The notes beneath the pieces were generated by a model, which searched no databases, was not told the DNA's origin, and saw only the letters and a list, made by a program, of their open reading frames with translations. DNA of 63,357 nt, filler included, from Octopus bimaculoides (Eukaryota), in the NCBI RefSeq assembly GCF_001194135.2. It is 5 parts of 4 records of this genome, joined end to end, with 100 filler letters (N's around TTAATTAATTAA, not from the genome) between each part and the next. Parts side by side here need not be neighbours in the genome. Positions count along the whole stretch, not along the records: positions 61,409 to 63,357 come from NC_068986.1; 4 more parts are not named here. The stretch is one strand, 5' to 3'. The position numbers were made by a program, and so were the translations under genes. Shown in pieces: positions 62,951-63,357 of the stretch. Position 1 is the stretch's first letter. Every line of letters starts with the position of its first letter.

Positions 62951-63357
62951 ATGTATGTATATATAAACAGTCACATGCATATATACATTATTTATATATA
63001 CACACATACATACATATATATACATACATATACATATACGTTTGAGTGTGTACGTGTGTGTATTTGTGTGTGTGTCTGTGTCTGCGTGTTCTTCCCTGTA
63101 TATGCATATAACTTTACATAGCAAAAGCGTTATATCTTGCTTGTTTCTTCACTTGAGTTTGAGGAAAGAATTCGGGATAATCTTCACTATTCGTTCATAT
63201 TAATATGTATATGCTGTTTCCCACGAATCGGAGTACACCTATGATTTTGCCACTTGTATTTATGTATATCTTGAAGGGATCTGCAGATCTGTATATGTGT
63301 ATTCATCTCTTATACCACTCTCTCATACAGACACACATACATACATATATATATATA

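Overview
AT-rich, repeat-saturated eukaryotic draft-genome window with many N gaps and four TTAATTAATTAA contig linkers. The C2H2 gene style, SINE set and microsatellite load suggest an octopus or other coleoid cephalopod (inference from recall, not a database hit). Only one clear protein-coding gene is present: a 676-aa, 23-repeat C2H2 zinc-finger ORF on the minus strand (53786-55816). The rest is decayed mobile DNA: several Tc1/mariner relics, R4/Dong-like and Hero-like non-LTR fragments, several tRNA-derived SINE families, Penelope-type inverted repeats carrying minimal hammerhead-ribozyme motifs, MITEs and a foldback element, and micro/minisatellites. Best leads: (1) an inverted pair of minimal hammerhead motifs inserted with a 12-bp duplication into a mariner (35463-35730); (2) R4/Dong-like copies repeatedly joined to trinucleotide microsatellites, one at (GCT)n rather than (TAA)n; (3) a cryptic spliced signal-peptide gene or pseudogene at ~28.6-29.2 kb; (4) CpG decay in repeats just upstream of the ZNF coding exon; (5) a period-8 pattern and eroded tail fingers in the ZNF array. 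I see no confident wholly new biological system. All alignments and translations were done by eye, and repeat boundaries are approximate unless TIR/TSD coordinates are given.
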